Shown: positions 16,642-28,241, counted from the stretch's first letter. The stretch is DNA of 42,678 nucleotides from an uncultured Planctomycetota bacterium (GCA_902803085.1 CADCOO010000009.1:1-42678); one strand, 5' to 3'. Program-made: numbers and translations. Notes: generated from the letters alone by a model not told the origin.

Positions 16642-17631
16642 ATGATGAGTAACATGCATGAAAAAATGCGAGACCTCGCGATTGTTGGACGGGACGCTGG
16701 GCGCGACGTTGGATTCGCGCGCGCGGCGGCGGTTCTATGTCTACTCGCGTGTCTGACCGTTGGCGCTCGTGAGTCCTGGGCGCAGCGTGCGGACGACTCC
16801 GCCTCTGGAACAAATGCGGCGCCCCTTTTCGTGCCCTCGAGAGACCTTCATTCGCCGAACTATTATTCAGCCGTCGACGCCGCGCGCAAAGACCGACCGC
16901 CGGAGCCGACAAAGGTTCGAGAAGACCTCTTTTATCCCGATGGTTTTTTAACCCTCTCAACCCCGACTCCGCCGCCGCAAAGTCCTGAGAAGCCAAAAAA
17001 ATCCGAGAGCGAACCTGAAAAGACTCAGAAGAGGGTTGATCGCGGCGATCCGATACGTCCGCTGGACCCGAGCGTCGAAACGACTCCGCTTACCGTGGAG
17101 CCGAGAGTTAAGACCGAGGAAACGGAAGAGCCTGCAAGGAGGTCGCGTAAGGATCGATTCTTCTTCTTTGCCGTATCCGTTGCCCTTGCTGGTCTGGGGA
17201 TTTTCGTTTACAACGATTTTCGATATCGCGATCAGTTGCGCGCCGATCTGGTTAAGAATGCGAAATTGTGTTCTCCGACGGCGACCCCGGCCGATTTCGC
17301 CGAGGTCTTGGCGGAAGACGTCGATCTTACCGATCCCAGAGCCCCGTCGTACGTCAATCCCCATTACGACGCCGACGTCGTCCTCTACGCCGATCCGGAT
17401 AAGGCGGGAAAGATTCTCAGCGATCCTGCTTTCGACGACTACAGGTTTGAAGTTTCTAATTCTCCGCGATCGCACTTTGGTCCCGGTTTGGGCGACGAGA
17501 ACTTTGATTTCGCGCCGTCCGGGGACGGCGCCGACGTCCTTGGGGAAGAAGAGGAAGAGGATTTTGACGTCTCTTTGCACGGCTCCGCTACTGGATCGCA
17601 ATCAGCCGTAATGCCAAACGGTTCTATTTGA
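16642..17631 (+). CDS. Hypothetical membrane protein (Pro/Glu/Lys-rich linker, one internal TM helix, acidic C-terminus)
   Basis: This is the longest ORF in the region. It has an N-terminal hydrophobic segment (AAAVLCLLACLTVGARESWAQ), a Pro-rich stretch (TPTPPPQSPEKPKKSESEPEK) and a TM helix (FFFFAVSVALAGLGIFVY). I recognise no family. The start is uncertain: the track start is GTG at 16564, and ATG-ATG lies at 16642. Confidence 0.5.
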   Translation: MMSNMHEKMRDLAIVGRDAGRDVGFARAAAVLCLLACLTVGARESWAQRADDSASGTNAAPLFVPSRDLHSPNYYSAVDAARKDRPPEPTKVREDLFYPDGFLTLSTPTPPPQSPEKPKKSESEPEKTQKRVDRGDPIRPLDPSVETTPLTVEPRVKTEETEEPARRSRKDRFFFFAVSVALAGLGIFVYNDFRYRDQLRADLVKNAKLCSPTATPADFAEVLAEDVDLTDPRAPSYVNPHYDADVVLYADPDKAGKILSDPAFDDYRFEVSNSPRSHFGPGLGDENFDFAPSGDGADVLGEEEEEDFDVSLHGSATGSQSAVMPNGSI

Positions 17632-17707
17632 GGCGGCGTTTCAATCCCTATATTATAGCGCGCTCCTTTTAGAGGGGGCGCGCCGTTCTCTTTAGCGTGA
17701 GTTCGTC

Positions 17708-17736
17708 TTGCCGCGCGCGAAAAATTGTCTTATAAT
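17708..17736 (+). promoter_or_regulatory. Sigma-70-type promoter candidate upstream of the DUF374 gene
   Basis: TTGCCG (17708-17713), a 17-nt spacer, then TATAAT (17731-17736), about 60 nt before the ATG at 17799. Confidence 0.35.
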
Positions 17737-17798
17737 CCGTGCAGTTTTTACCAATACTATGGTCGCGTTCAAGAGAGCGCCAACGGTGAGAAAGAACA

Positions 17799-18560
17799 AT
17801 GAAGATTCGAAATAAGACGCTCATTCGCGCCGCTGGAGCGCTCGTATCGTTAGGCGTTCATCTTATCGCGCCTACCCTCGATTACCGCGTTGCATACTAC
17901 GATCCGATTATTGACCCCGCCTATCCGAACGACGGCAAACGCAGAATCTATATCTTTTGGCACGAGTACATCCAATATTTTATCTATTTGCGTAAGAGAT
18001 GTGGACTCGCTATGCTCTTGAGTAAGCATTCCGACGCGGACGTCCTCGCCGACGTTGCGAAATTGCTCGGTTTCGACGGCGTGCGCGGTTCTACGAATCG
18101 CGGCGGCGTTCAGGCGCTGCGCGAAATGATGCGTAAGGAACAGGAAGAGTCTTTTCACCTGACGATTACTCCCGACGGACCGCGCGGACCGCGACGCGTT
18201 TTAGCGCCCGGCTGCGTTTTCCTCGCTTCGAAATTGCAGATTCCGATCGTCGCCATGGGCGTTGGATATGATCGTCCTTTCCGTTTCAACAGCTGGGATC
18301 GATTTGCTATACCGAGAGTAGGATCGCGAGCGCGTTGCATTCCCAGCGGCGACATTATGGTGCCGCCCGACCTTGACCGCGACGGCCTGGAGCATTATCG
18401 CGTTCAAATCGAGAAGCTTCTTAACGAATTAAGCGACGAAGCGGAAGCGTGGGCGGAATCGGGCGATTCCTATGAAAATGAGTCGAGCGTACTGCCGGGA
18501 CCATGTTTCTCGTCGACGTACTTTGCTCGTCCGAAACGCGCCGCGATTCAGGACGAATAA
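17799..18560 (+). CDS. DUF374 / lysophospholipid acyltransferase-family protein
   Basis: 253 aa with motifs I associate with DUF374: IYIFWHEY, LLSKHSDADVLADVAKLLGFDGVRGSTNRGG, and the signature ITPDGPRGPRR. Confidence 0.7.
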   Translation: MKIRNKTLIRAAGALVSLGVHLIAPTLDYRVAYYDPIIDPAYPNDGKRRIYIFWHEYIQYFIYLRKRCGLAMLLSKHSDADVLADVAKLLGFDGVRGSTNRGGVQALREMMRKEQEESFHLTITPDGPRGPRRVLAPGCVFLASKLQIPIVAMGVGYDRPFRFNSWDRFAIPRVGSRARCIPSGDIMVPPDLDRDGLEHYRVQIEKLLNELSDEAEAWAESGDSYENESSVLPGPCFSSTYFARPKRAAIQDE

Positions 18561-18707
18561 CCGCCGTTCAGAGCGCGAGACCCGCTCAATAAAGACTGGG
18601 CGCAATTCCATTCCCATTGTTATTTGCGACGCTCTCGATATAATCGCCGAATATCGCGCGCCTCGTGCGTTGCGAGTCTATTTTCCATGAAAGCGGAGGT
18701 AAGGAGA

Positions 18708-20084
18708 ATGAGAGTGAACGCTTTTTGGTCGCGAGCAATATTGGCAATTCTCGTTGTTTGTCTCTTAGGACGCGCGAGCGAGTGCATGGCGCAGCAGAGC
18801 GCGAATCACGACGATTGGAAGGCGGAGTACGCCGAACGTATTCGCGCCACATTAGAGAATCGACGCGCGCAAAAACCTCAGTTTCAGAAGGACGTCCAAC
18901 ATACGACGCCTGATTTTATCGTCTACGTGCCGAAAGTGGAGCCGGAGAAACTGGGCGATTGCTATAACGACCATTTCCAGGTCTTCGAAGGACCAAAAGG
19001 AATGCTCTTCGCTACCGTATGTCAGGCGACCTGCGAAGGATCTCTCGACCAGCACGTCGCTTTTATGAGGAGTTTCGATCGCGGGAAAACGTGGGAGGAG
19101 CCGCGCGTTTTGGTTGGGCCCCCGACTTTTGACTCCGATAAGCCGATTGCGAGCTGGGGGTTCGCTATGACGTCTGAATCCGGACGGATTTACGTGATCT
19201 ACGACCAGTACCAGGAGGGCAAGGTTTCAACGAATCGCCAGCACACCGGGTTCATGATGGGATGTTACAGCGACGACTTGGGGGAAACATGGTCTGAGCC
19301 GCAACAAATCCCCATGCCGAGAACCTCGAACGATTCGCCTGACGAGACGATTCCGCCAGAATGGGTCGTGTGGCAACACCCGTTGCGGCTAGGACCGGAG
19401 CGCAAGTATCTCGTCGGCGTAACGCGCTACGCCGCGCCGCAACTCCACAGTAAGTATCGGACTGTTACTGAATTTATTCGATTCGATAATATCGACGCCG
19501 ATCCTGAACCGCGCGATCTTATTGTTCGGTGGTTCATGACCGACGACCGCGTGCTGACCAAAGGAACATACTGCGAAGAACCTTCCATCGTGAAACTGCC
19601 CGACGGAAGACTCTTTGCCCTTATGCGAACGGGAATAGGATATCCGTGCTGGTCGGTAAGCGACGATCTCGGCGAGAATTGGACGGAGCCCGAAATTCTG
19701 CGTGATCGCGATAATGGAACGCCCTTTTTGCACCCGATTTCGCCGTGCCCCCTCTACGATTGGGAAGGGGGAACTGCCGGTAGCGGGCGTTACTTTGCAA
19801 TGATTCACAATAAGTACAATTTTGACGATAAGAATCCATGGCAGAATCGCGGTCCTCTTTACTTGATAGCTGGAACCTATCAAGCGAACGCGCGCCAACC
19901 GATCTGGTTTGGCGAGCCGCAACTTTTCGTCGATCGACCGTCTGGAAATTCTTTCTATACTAGCGTTACGCGCATCGATGGAAAGACGGTTTTGTGGTAT
20001 CCCGACCAGAAGTTTTATCTTCTAGGACGGTATATTGGCGAAGAATGGTTGAAGAACGCGCCTAAAATGAACGAGGCGCGCTAG
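18708..20084 (+). CDS. Secreted BNR/Asp-box repeat protein (sialidase-like beta-propeller)
   Basis: A GGAGGTAAGGAGA RBS sits directly before the ATG at 18708. The signal peptide is MRVNAFWSRAILAILVVCLLGRASECMA. There are three Asp-boxes (SFDRGKTW, SDDLGETW, SDDLGENW). The track start at 18624 is rejected because it lacks an RBS and would put Arg-rich residues ahead of the signal peptide. Confidence 0.7.
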   Translation: MRVNAFWSRAILAILVVCLLGRASECMAQQSANHDDWKAEYAERIRATLENRRAQKPQFQKDVQHTTPDFIVYVPKVEPEKLGDCYNDHFQVFEGPKGMLFATVCQATCEGSLDQHVAFMRSFDRGKTWEEPRVLVGPPTFDSDKPIASWGFAMTSESGRIYVIYDQYQEGKVSTNRQHTGFMMGCYSDDLGETWSEPQQIPMPRTSNDSPDETIPPEWVVWQHPLRLGPERKYLVGVTRYAAPQLHSKYRTVTEFIRFDNIDADPEPRDLIVRWFMTDDRVLTKGTYCEEPSIVKLPDGRLFALMRTGIGYPCWSVSDDLGENWTEPEILRDRDNGTPFLHPISPCPLYDWEGGTAGSGRYFAMIHNKYNFDDKNPWQNRGPLYLIAGTYQANARQPIWFGEPQLFVDRPSGNSFYTSVTRIDGKTVLWYPDQKFYLLGRYIGEEWLKNAPKMNEAR

Positions 20085-20164
20085 TTCTCTTTATGAGTTG
20101 AAGTAGGTCGAATTCCCGCAACTCCGTCTGTTGGGCGTGAGTTTTCGATTTGCGACGACTTAAC

Positions 20165-20188
20165 GCGCGTTTATCGTCGCGCTTTTTT
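20165..20188 (+). terminator. Rho-independent terminator after the BNR gene
   Basis: GCGCG (20165-20169) and CGCGC (20178-20182) form a stem with an 8-nt loop, followed by TTTTTT (20183-20188). Confidence 0.5.
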
Positions 20189-20208
20189 AGGAAAGGACGG
20201 ATAATCTC

Positions 20209-21477
20209 ATGGAAAAAGTTTTAATGGCGCTTTCAGGCGGGGTCGACAGCGGGGTTTCCGCCGCCTTATTGCTCGAACGCGGTTTCGAACTTGCGGGGCT
20301 TTTTATGCGCCATCGGTACCAACGTTCTCTTGCCCCGGAGCAAATGGACGAATTCCTCGCGCGTCTCGACGCAAATTCTCGATTGCGCGTCTGGCGCGTG
20401 GACGGCGTCGGCGTCGAATCCCTCAAAGAGGTCGACTGGCGACGCGAAGGCTGGCCTTTCGCAATTCCAGCGGACGCCGTTTCTGCTTTCGATCTAGCAA
20501 ATTCGCTGGGCGTAGAGCTCAATCTTCTTGATCTTGACTCGCCTTTTACCGAGATCGTCGACGACTTTGTCGAACGGTATTACGCCGCTCAGACTCCAAA
20601 TCCCTGCGTTTTATGCAATCGCAAGATTAAGTTTGGACTCCTTGCCGACGTAGCGACGCAATGGCGCGCCGATTATCTCGCAACGGGTCACTACGTCCAA
20701 AAGCGGCGCGTCGCCGAATGGATTGACGACCTGCGAATAAACGCGCCCGAGGTCGCCGCTACTCTGCCGGAGTGGCTTGCAGAATCTCCCTCCGACTATT
20801 GCATTACGCGCTCTCCCTCTCCTAAGGATCAGTCGTATTTTCTCTATGGAATCGCGCAAGCCGCGTTAAATCGCACGCTTTTTCCCGTTGGCGCCTTCGA
20901 GAAGTCGGGCGTGCGGAAAATGGCGCAAGAGCGAGCGCTTTGCGTGGCGACTCGAAAGGATAGTCAGGAAGTCTGCTTTATACCCGACGACGGACGCGTC
21001 GACTTTATTCGAAAGATTGTCGATGAGGAGCCTGAACGCTGGAAATCTGTGCCTCGCGAATCGGACGGACCGTTTCTATCGTTGGAAGGAAAGGTTATCG
21101 GTAGGCACGGCGGCTACGAGCGCTATACGATCGGGCAGCGAAAGGGACTAGGCATGGGATTTGGCGAACGAATTTTTGTTCAGAGCGTCGATTCGTCGAC
21201 TCGCGCCGTCGTACTTGGTCCTTACGACGCGTTAGCGCGTTCCGAAATCAACGCCGTCGATTCCAATTGGCATGCGCGCGTTCCCGTCGGCGAGGATTTC
21301 AGGTGCGAAATCAAGATTCGTTATCGTAACGAGTCGACGGCGGCGACCGTGCGCGTGGAGGAGGACGGTTCGTTCAAAGTTTCAACGGACGCGCCATGTT
21401 ACGGCGTCGCGCCAGGGCAGTCTGTGGTTTGCTACTGGCGCGATCGACTACTCGGGGGCGGGCGGATAACGCTCTGA
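20209..21477 (+). CDS. mnmA: tRNA 2-thiouridine(34) synthase MnmA
   Basis: It has the PP-loop ALSGGVDSGVSAALL, the catalytic region PNPCVLCNRKIKFG, and ATGHY, DQSYFL and the C-terminal beta-barrel. It also carries an extra ~50-60 aa between the PP-loop and the NPC motif. Confidence 0.9.
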   Translation: MEKVLMALSGGVDSGVSAALLLERGFELAGLFMRHRYQRSLAPEQMDEFLARLDANSRLRVWRVDGVGVESLKEVDWRREGWPFAIPADAVSAFDLANSLGVELNLLDLDSPFTEIVDDFVERYYAAQTPNPCVLCNRKIKFGLLADVATQWRADYLATGHYVQKRRVAEWIDDLRINAPEVAATLPEWLAESPSDYCITRSPSPKDQSYFLYGIAQAALNRTLFPVGAFEKSGVRKMAQERALCVATRKDSQEVCFIPDDGRVDFIRKIVDEEPERWKSVPRESDGPFLSLEGKVIGRHGGYERYTIGQRKGLGMGFGERIFVQSVDSSTRAVVLGPYDALARSEINAVDSNWHARVPVGEDFRCEIKIRYRNESTAATVRVEEDGSFKVSTDAPCYGVAPGQSVVCYWRDRLLGGGRITL

Positions 21478-21707
21478 AATGTCTTTCGCGCGAGCGGTGG
21501 GGAAAAATGATTTTTTTCGGAAAAGAGAGTCGCGGGGAGTCGCGCGCTTTGGTCTATCGGGTATAATATAGGTTTCCCGGGACGCTTATAAGTCAGGCGA
21601 TCCCGCGAGAGTCGGCGACGGGCGTGCGTTCGTCGTTAGGTCGTTTGTAACATAACAAGGTCGGCGCGACGTTCCTACGAGACGCCGAAAGATTGAGAAC
21701 GAGAGCA

Positions 21708-22940
21708 ATGAGCGATCCTTATTTTCAAAAGCTTTTTGCCGATCGAATCGGCGGCGTCAATTACGGTAAGAGCACGGAAATCTACAAATTTGAGAAGATC
21801 AAAAGAGCAAAGCGCCAGGCGCTTGCCGAACATCCCGAGCGACGACTCCTCGACTTTGGAATTGGCGAAAACGACGAGATGGCGGCTCCGCAAGTACGCG
21901 AGAAAATGACCGAAGAACTCAATCGGCTCGAGAACCGAGGCTATGCCGACAATGGATGCCTTGAATTCAAGGAGGCGGTCGCACGCTTTATGAAGCGACG
22001 TTTCAACGTCGAGTTGGATCCGAAAACTGAAATTAACCACTCGATCGGTTCCAAGCCGGCGTTGGCAATGTTGCCCGACGTCTTCATCAATCCGGGAGAC
22101 GTGACGATTATGACTACGCCGGGCTATCCCGTCGCTGGAACTCACACGCGCTATAACGGAGGAGAGGTATTCAACCTGCCCCTCGTTCCCGAGAACGACT
22201 TCTATCCCGACCTCGAATCCGTCCCCGACGATATTCGCAAGCGCGCTAAGATGCTCGTCATTAACTATCCGAATAGTCCGACGGGGCAACTTGGCTCGAC
22301 GGCTTTCTTTGAAAAGGTGATCGATTTTGCGAAGACGAATGAACTCGTCGTCGTTCAGGACGCCGCGCACTCGATGTTTAGTTTCCGGAATCGTCCGATG
22401 AGCTTTTTGGAAGTCGACGGCGCGAAGGACGTTGGAGTCGAGGTTCATTCCATGTCAAAGGGATGGAACATGATCGGCTGGCGTTTGGGCTGGGTCTGCG
22501 GCAACGAACGGATTGTTCACGCTTTTGCCGACGTTAAAGACAATAGCGACAGCGGTCAATTCCTCGCGATTCAAAAGGCGGCGGCTTTCGCTTTGGACGA
22601 CGATTCGATTCCCGATCAGGCACGCGCGAAGTATTTGCGACGTCTCCAGAAATTGGTGAATACGCTGAATAAATTTGGATTTGACTGCCAAGTTCCAGGC
22701 GGCACCTACTTCTTATACGCGAGAGCCCCGAAGGGATTGCGCGAGGGACGACGCTTTGCCAACGCGGAAGAGGTCGGGCAATTTCTTATTACCGAACAGT
22801 CGGTATGCACCGTTCCGTGGGACAACGCCGGCGCCTATCTGCGTTTCTCTGTGACTTATCTCGCCGACACGGAGGAAAAGGAAGACGAACTCATGGAAAG
22901 TCTTGCCGAACGACTTGCCAGAATCGATTTCGTCTTTTAA
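21708..22940 (+). CDS. Class I/II PLP-dependent aminotransferase, possibly LL-diaminopimelate aminotransferase
   Basis: The N-terminus MSDPYFQKLFADRIGG..KSTEIYKFEKIKRAKR and DFGIGENDE resemble proteins I recall being annotated as DapL-type. The PLP-lysine motif is HSMSKGWNMIGWRLGW. It also has NYPNSPTG. The specific substrate call is tentative. Confidence 0.75.
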   Translation: MSDPYFQKLFADRIGGVNYGKSTEIYKFEKIKRAKRQALAEHPERRLLDFGIGENDEMAAPQVREKMTEELNRLENRGYADNGCLEFKEAVARFMKRRFNVELDPKTEINHSIGSKPALAMLPDVFINPGDVTIMTTPGYPVAGTHTRYNGGEVFNLPLVPENDFYPDLESVPDDIRKRAKMLVINYPNSPTGQLGSTAFFEKVIDFAKTNELVVVQDAAHSMFSFRNRPMSFLEVDGAKDVGVEVHSMSKGWNMIGWRLGWVCGNERIVHAFADVKDNSDSGQFLAIQKAAAFALDDDSIPDQARAKYLRRLQKLVNTLNKFGFDCQVPGGTYFLYARAPKGLREGRRFANAEEVGQFLITEQSVCTVPWDNAGAYLRFSVTYLADTEEKEDELMESLAERLARIDFVF

Positions 22941-22964
22941 TTAGCGGCCGTTATTTCGACGAAT

Positions 22965-22992
22965 GAAACGGCGTTTTACAAAAGCGCCGTTT
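22965..22992 (+). terminator. Hairpin after the aminotransferase gene (candidate terminator)
   Basis: GAAACGGCGTTTT-AC-AAAAG-CGCCGTTTC forms a long near-perfect hairpin starting 25 nt after the stop. The downstream T-tract is weak (GCCTTTCC). Confidence 0.4.
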
Positions 22993-23079
22993 CGCCTTTC
23001 CTATTAGGAACACGATAAGTTGGGCGGACGTCTTAACGACGAACGACTGTTATTTTAGGCCCCATCCTGTCAGCGCGCT

Positions 23080-26000
23080 ATGTCTCATATTACTATTCGC
23101 GGCGCTCGCGAGCACAATCTGGATAACGTCGATTTGATTTTGCCAAATTCGCAACTCGTCTGCTTTACCGGCGTGAGCGGGAGCGGAAAGAGCTCGTTGG
23201 CTTTTGACACGATCTATGCCGAGGGGCAACGACGATACGTCGAAAGTCTTTCGAGCTACGCCAGGCAATTTTTGGGACAACTTCCCAAGCCCGACGTCGA
23301 TCAGATCTATGGTTTGAGTCCCGCTATTTCCATTTCTCAAAAGACGGGCGTGCAGAACGCGCGGTCGACGGTCGGTACGATAACGGAAATCTCCGATTTT
23401 CTGCGCGTCTTGTACGCGCGCGTCGGAACAGGGTACTGCCCAAAGTGCGGACGCAAGATAGAAGCGCAAACGAGACTGCAGATTATTGAGCATATCAAGG
23501 TCGTTGCAGAGGGGTCAAAAATTACTTTTCTGGCGCCACTTGCGCGCAGTCAGAAAGGACGTTGCGTCGAGTTCTTGAATTCAATGCGCAAAGGCGGGTA
23601 TCGCCGCGCGCGTATCGACGGGCGTTTCGTCTCGCTTGACGTTGAAATTGAGCTTGACCGCCAAACGCGACACTCAATCGACGTGGTTGTCGACCGAGCG
23701 ACCCAGTCGAAGGAAAACTATAGACGGATTACCGAAGCGATTGACGCGGCGTTGCGACTGGGACGCGGAAGAATGATCGTGATCGTCGACCCGCCCGCCG
23801 CGACGGAAGACGCGGCGTTGCAAGGCGCCAAAACGTCTGCGCGCAGAGAGCCCGTCTTTGCTTTCGACGAGCTCGACGACGACTGGCTGGCTAATCCCGT
23901 CGACGTTTTGGACGATTCCAATTCGCCGTCCGACCAGCGGGAACTATACTTCAGCGCCGATTACGCTTGTCCGCAGTGCGGCGTGAGTTTTGAACGACCG
24001 TCCCCGCAGATGTTTAGTTTCAACAATCCGCAGGGAATGTGCCCATACTGTCAAGGCATGGGCGCGTCGTATACTTTCGATCCGGATCTGCTCATTCCCG
24101 ATAAGTCGCGTTCCTTTCAGCAGGGCTGTATCGCGCCAATTGGCAAATGGCAGGATCTCAGCAGTTGGAAGCAGCATATTTATCTGGGAATTGCGACCGC
24201 AATTGCTGAAAAGCGGGGACTTGAGGCGAGAGACGTCTTAGAAACGGCTTGGGAAGAGCTCGACGAAGACGTGCGACGAGATTGGTTGTGGGGAGTCGGC
24301 AATACGCCCGTCTCGTACTCTTGGAAGACCGCCGGTAACGAACACAAGTGGAGCGGTCGGTTCGAGGGACTCATTCCCAAAATGGAGAAGCAGTATCGCG
24401 AGACGACGAATCGCGCGCAGTTGGACGTTATGGAACGCTATATGGCGACGATTCCATGTTCCTTTTGTAAGGGAATGCGTCTTAACGAGCAAGCGCGCGC
24501 CGTTAAAATTGAGACGAAATCTTCCGCGCCGATTTTTGCTGAGAAACCGGAACTCTCGTTGCCGGAGGTCGCCCAGCTGTCGATCAGCGACGCCGCTGAA
24601 TTCTTCCGCGAGCTGAAGCTCTCTGATTCCGGCAAGATTATCGCGCGCGAACTCCTCAAAGAGATAACCTCGCGTCTGGGGTTCCTTGCCGACGTCGGAT
24701 TGAGCTATTTATCTCTGGGACGACCTGCGCCGACTCTTTCGGGCGGCGAGATGCAACGCATTCGACTCGCCGGACAGATTGGCGGCGGTCTCGTCGGGGC
24801 TCTCTACGTTCTTGACGAGCCGTCGATCGGTTTGCACCCTCGCGATAACGACAGACTTATTTCGACTCTTGCAAAGTTGCGCGATCTTGGCAATTCGATT
24901 ATTCTTGTTGAACATGACGAAGACGCCATGCTCGCGGCGGATTACCTCGTCGACTTTGGACCGGGCCCGGGCTCGCGGGGAGGTCGCGTCGTAGCGAGCG
25001 GAACCGTCGCCGACGTGCTCAAGTCCCAGCCAGAGGAAAGCGTGACCGCGCGTTTCCTAGCCGGTAAGGAGCAGATTGAAACGCCGCGCCAACGCCGAAA
25101 ACTTGACGGGCGCGAGTTGGTCGTTCGTGGCGCGCGCCATCATAATTTGAAGAATATCGACGTTCACATCCCTCTTGGCGGCGTCGTCTGCATAACGGGC
25201 GTGAGCGGTAGCGGTAAGAGTTCGCTGGTCAACGATATTTTGCGAGAGGCGCTCGGGCGAGAACTCAATCATGCGATTGGCTATCCTGGCGATCATGACG
25301 GTATCGATGGAATCGAGCATTTAAAGAAGCTCATTTCGATCGATCAGACGCCGATCGGCAGAACGCCGCGCTCGAACCCCGCGACTTATATCAAGCTCTT
25401 CGACGACATTCGCAAGCTCTATTCTGAAACGCCGGAAGCGCGCGCTCGCGGATTCGCGCCTGGAAGGTTTAGCTTCAACGTCGCCGGAGGGCGTTGCGAG
25501 GCGTGCGAGGGAAACGGCGCGATTAAAGTCGAGATGGACTTTCTTGCCGACGTTTGGGCTACCTGTTCCGTGTGCGGAGGCGCGCGATTCAATCAAGAGA
25601 CGCGCGCTGTCAAGTTCAAAGGGCTCTCGATCGATCAGGTTCTCGATCTGGAAGTTGAGGCGGCGCTCGAGTTATTCGAGAACATTCCCAAGATTCGCGA
25701 GAAATTGCAAACGCTTTGCGACGTTGGGCTAGGTTATATGAAGTTGGGACAACCGTCGCCGACTTTGTCGGGAGGGGAAGCGCAGCGCGTTAAATTGGCG
25801 AAGGAGCTTTCCAAAAAAAGCTTTGGCAAAACGATTTATCTGCTCGACGAACCGACGACCGGTTTGCACTTTGACGATATCAAAACCCTCTTGCGCGTTC
25901 TCCATAATTTTGCCGACGCCGGCAATACCGTTCTTATTGTCGAGCACAATCTCGACGTCATTAAAACGGCGGACTGGGTGATCGATCTAGGGCCCGAGGG

Positions 26001-28101
26001 CGGCGAAGAGGGCGGTCGCATCGTCGCGCAGGGCGTACCGGAGGATATCGCGAATAATCCGCGTTCTCACACGGGGCGCGCGCTCAAGGAGTATTTAACG
26101 CGCGATCGTGAGAAAATGGTCGAGCGACTCGTCGCCAAAGAACAAGCCAAACAGAACAAAGACGAAGAGCCGGACGACTCCATTATTATTCGCGGCGCGC
26201 GCGAGCACAATCTGCAAAACGTATCGCTCTCGATCCCTCGAAACAAATTGACCGTATGTTGCGGTCCGAGCGGCAGCGGCAAGTCGTCTTTGGCAATTGA
26301 CGTCGCTTATGCGGAAGGAAGAAGACGGTACGTTGAGAGCCTGTCGAGTTATGCGCGGCAATTTATCGGACAGATTCAGAAGCCCGACGTTGATCAAATG
26401 ATAGGGATTTCGCCTGCGATCGCCATTGAGCAGAAGACGACAAGTCGCTCGACGCGCTCGACCGTTGGTACGATCACGGAAATTTTGGATTATCTGAGGG
26501 TTGTCTTCGCTCGTTTGGGCGTTCCTTACTGTCCAGATTGCGATATTCCCGTCGGCGCGCAGTCGATCGACGAGATTGTCGCGCGCGTTATGCGCATCGG
26601 CGGCGAAGAAGATCGAAGGTTATTGATTATGGCCCCGATTACGCTCGATCAAGGCGAGACGTACGCAAGACTGTGGGAACGGTTGAAGGCGCAAGGCTTT
26701 GCGCGCGCGCGCGTCAACGGTCGGAATTTTACGCTCGACGCGCCCCCGGAGCTTGCACCGAAGAACGTCTATACGATCGAAGCGGTCGTCGATCGCGTCC
26801 AGTTGAAAGCGTCTATGGACTCGAGGGAGCGTAAAAAGATTCGCGGACGCGTTGCCAATAGCGTTGAAACGGCGCTCGAGTGGGGGAACAAAGAAGTTCG
26901 GATCGCCATTGTCGACGAGGCGCGGGATGAGAAAGACTGGGAAACCAGGACGTTAAGTCAAAAGCTGTCCTGCGAACGTTGCGGACGCGCGTTCGAGGCG
27001 CTAACGCCGCGTCATTTCTCGTTCAATAGTCCCTTAGGGCGGTGTCCTCAATGCGAAGGACGCGGCGTTCAAGTCGGGTTTAGTTCCAGAACGCTTATTC
27101 GCGATCCCAAGCTGTCGCTCCTTGAGGGCGCCGTTTCGCTGTGGTCAGATTTTAGCTCGCCCACGACGCTGGCGACGATGCGCGCGCTTGCGCGAAACGT
27201 TGGATTGCCCCTAGACGTACCGTTCGAACGCCTCGATTCGCGATTTCGACGCCTTATTCTGAACGGCGCCGGCGATCGATGGTTCGACGTTCTTGCGAGC
27301 GATCTCGAGATTGCCAGAAGCGCGAAAACCGTCGACGAGCGCGCCGCCGGTCTGAACGCGCCGAAAGGTCGAACGGACAAGGTCGCGTATCGATTCCAAT
27401 ATAAAGGGCTTTATCCTGCGTTGGAAGAAGCGGGACGATTGACGCCCGCGTTTCGTCGACGTTTGGAATTTCAAGAGGAAGATTGCGAATGTTCGAGTTG
27501 CTTGGGCAGTCGCTTGCGCGACGACGTCGCCGCCGTGCGTTTTCATTCGCTCACGCTCGATCAGATATGCCGCACGCCCCTTGACGAGCTAGCGTACTTT
27601 TTCGAATCCCTTGAACTCAGTGAACTGGAACGTGAGGTTGCGGGCGATCTCATTAACGAAATCATTGCGAGATTGCGGTTTTTGGTTGACGTCGGGGTCG
27701 AGTATTTAACGCTTTCGCGACCGGCGAGCACGCTTTCTGGCGGCGAAGCGCAACGCATACGCTTGGCGTCGCAGATTGGGAGCGGACTTGTCGGCGTGCT
27801 TTACGTTCTGGACGAACCGACGATAGGTCTTCATCCTCGCGACAACAATCGCCTCATTTCCGCAATGAAGAAACTTCGAGATTTGGGCAATACGTTGCTC
27901 GTCGTCGAGCATGATCGCGACGTGATCGAAAACGCGGACTTTCTGGTCGATTTCGGCCCGAAGGCGGGGGCGCAAGGCGGTCTCATCGTCGCAACGGGGT
28001 CGCCTGAAGAACTCCGCGAAAATACGTCGTCCGTATCGGGCGCTTACCTTTCGGGGCGCGAATCGATTCCGATTCCAGTAAACCGGCGCATCGTGCCTTG
28101 A
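23080..28101 (+). CDS. uvrA: Excinuclease ABC subunit UvrA fused to an additional UvrA N-half (three ABC ATPase modules, 1673 aa)
   Basis: Module 1 (aa 1-~678) has [34 protein letters not shown], four CxxC zinc pairs, [14 protein letters not shown] and [11 protein letters not shown]. Module 2 (aa ~679-1010) has [52 protein letters not shown] and [10 protein letters not shown]. Module 3 (aa ~1035-1673, from ~26183) has [95 protein letters not shown] and VVEHD. Confidence 0.9.
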   Translation: MSHITIRGAREHNLDNVDLILPNSQLVCFTGVSGSGKSSLAFDTIYAEGQRRYVESLSSYARQFLGQLPKPDVDQIYGLSPAISISQKTGVQNARSTVGTITEISDFLRVLYARVGTGYCPKCGRKIEAQTRLQIIEHIKVVAEGSKITFLAPLARSQKGRCVEFLNSMRKGGYRRARIDGRFVSLDVEIELDRQTRHSIDVVVDRATQSKENYRRITEAIDAALRLGRGRMIVIVDPPAATEDAALQGAKTSARREPVFAFDELDDDWLANPVDVLDDSNSPSDQRELYFSADYACPQCGVSFERPSPQMFSFNNPQGMCPYCQGMGASYTFDPDLLIPDKSRSFQQGCIAPIGKWQDLSSWKQHIYLGIATAIAEKRGLEARDVLETAWEELDEDVRRDWLWGVGNTPVSYSWKTAGNEHKWSGRFEGLIPKMEKQYRETTNRAQLDVMERYMATIPCSFCKGMRLNEQARAVKIETKSSAPIFAEKPELSLPEVAQLSISDAAEFFRELKLSDSGKIIARELLKEITSRLGFLADVGLSYLSLGRPAPTLSGGEMQRIRLAGQIGGGLVGALYVLDEPSIGLHPRDNDRLISTLAKLRDLGNSIILVEHDEDAMLAADYLVDFGPGPGSRGGRVVASGTVADVLKSQPEESVTARFLAGKEQIETPRQRRKLDGRELVVRGARHHNLKNIDVHIPLGGVVCITGVSGSGKSSLVNDILREALGRELNHAIGYPGDHDGIDGIEHLKKLISIDQTPIGRTPRSNPATYIKLFDDIRKLYSETPEARARGFAPGRFSFNVAGGRCEACEGNGAIKVEMDFLADVWATCSVCGGARFNQETRAVKFKGLSIDQVLDLEVEAALELFENIPKIREKLQTLCDVGLGYMKLGQPSPTLSGGEAQRVKLAKELSKKSFGKTIYLLDEPTTGLHFDDIKTLLRVLHNFADAGNTVLIVEHNLDVIKTADWVIDLGPEGGEEGGRIVAQGVPEDIANNPRSHTGRALKEYLTRDREKMVERLVAKEQAKQNKDEEPDDSIIIRGAREHNLQNVSLSIPRNKLTVCCGPSGSGKSSLAIDVAYAEGRRRYVESLSSYARQFIGQIQKPDVDQMIGISPAIAIEQKTTSRSTRSTVGTITEILDYLRVVFARLGVPYCPDCDIPVGAQSIDEIVARVMRIGGEEDRRLLIMAPITLDQGETYARLWERLKAQGFARARVNGRNFTLDAPPELAPKNVYTIEAVVDRVQLKASMDSRERKKIRGRVANSVETALEWGNKEVRIAIVDEARDEKDWETRTLSQKLSCERCGRAFEALTPRHFSFNSPLGRCPQCEGRGVQVGFSSRTLIRDPKLSLLEGAVSLWSDFSSPTTLATMRALARNVGLPLDVPFERLDSRFRRLILNGAGDRWFDVLASDLEIARSAKTVDERAAGLNAPKGRTDKVAYRFQYKGLYPALEEAGRLTPAFRRRLEFQEEDCECSSCLGSRLRDDVAAVRFHSLTLDQICRTPLDELAYFFESLELSELEREVAGDLINEIIARLRFLVDVGVEYLTLSRPASTLSGGEAQRIRLASQIGSGLVGVLYVLDEPTIGLHPRDNNRLISAMKKLRDLGNTLLVVEHDRDVIENADFLVDFGPKAGAQGGLIVATGSPEELRENTSSVSGAYLSGRESIPIPVNRRIVP

Positions 28102-28125
28102 GCGCGACCGGAAAAAGATTACAAT
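28098..28125 (+). promoter_or_regulatory. Possible internal promoter for the downstream UvrA-C-half gene
   Basis: TTGAGC (28098-28103, overlapping the uvrA stop codon), a 16-nt spacer, then TACAAT (28120-28125), about 115 nt before the ATG at 28242. Confidence 0.3.
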
Positions 28126-28241
28126 TACACGGTTGTTTCAGCGCGTTGGGCGCGATGGACGAAGCATGAGGAAGGCGACGTCGAACCTCTCGGCGAGCGC
28201 GTTTAACGAGTCTTTTTAGCGATAGGGTATTAGGCGCTTCT

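Noticed and set aside
21675-22448. A 257-aa minus-strand ORF opposite the aminotransferase gene. Similar long antisense ORFs occur at 13356..13997, 16957..17601, 29319..29939, 32717..33583, 3295..3870, 27983..28546 and 19389..19922.
   Set aside because: Each is antisense to a gene with strong family motifs. None has motifs, signal peptides or an RBS of its own.
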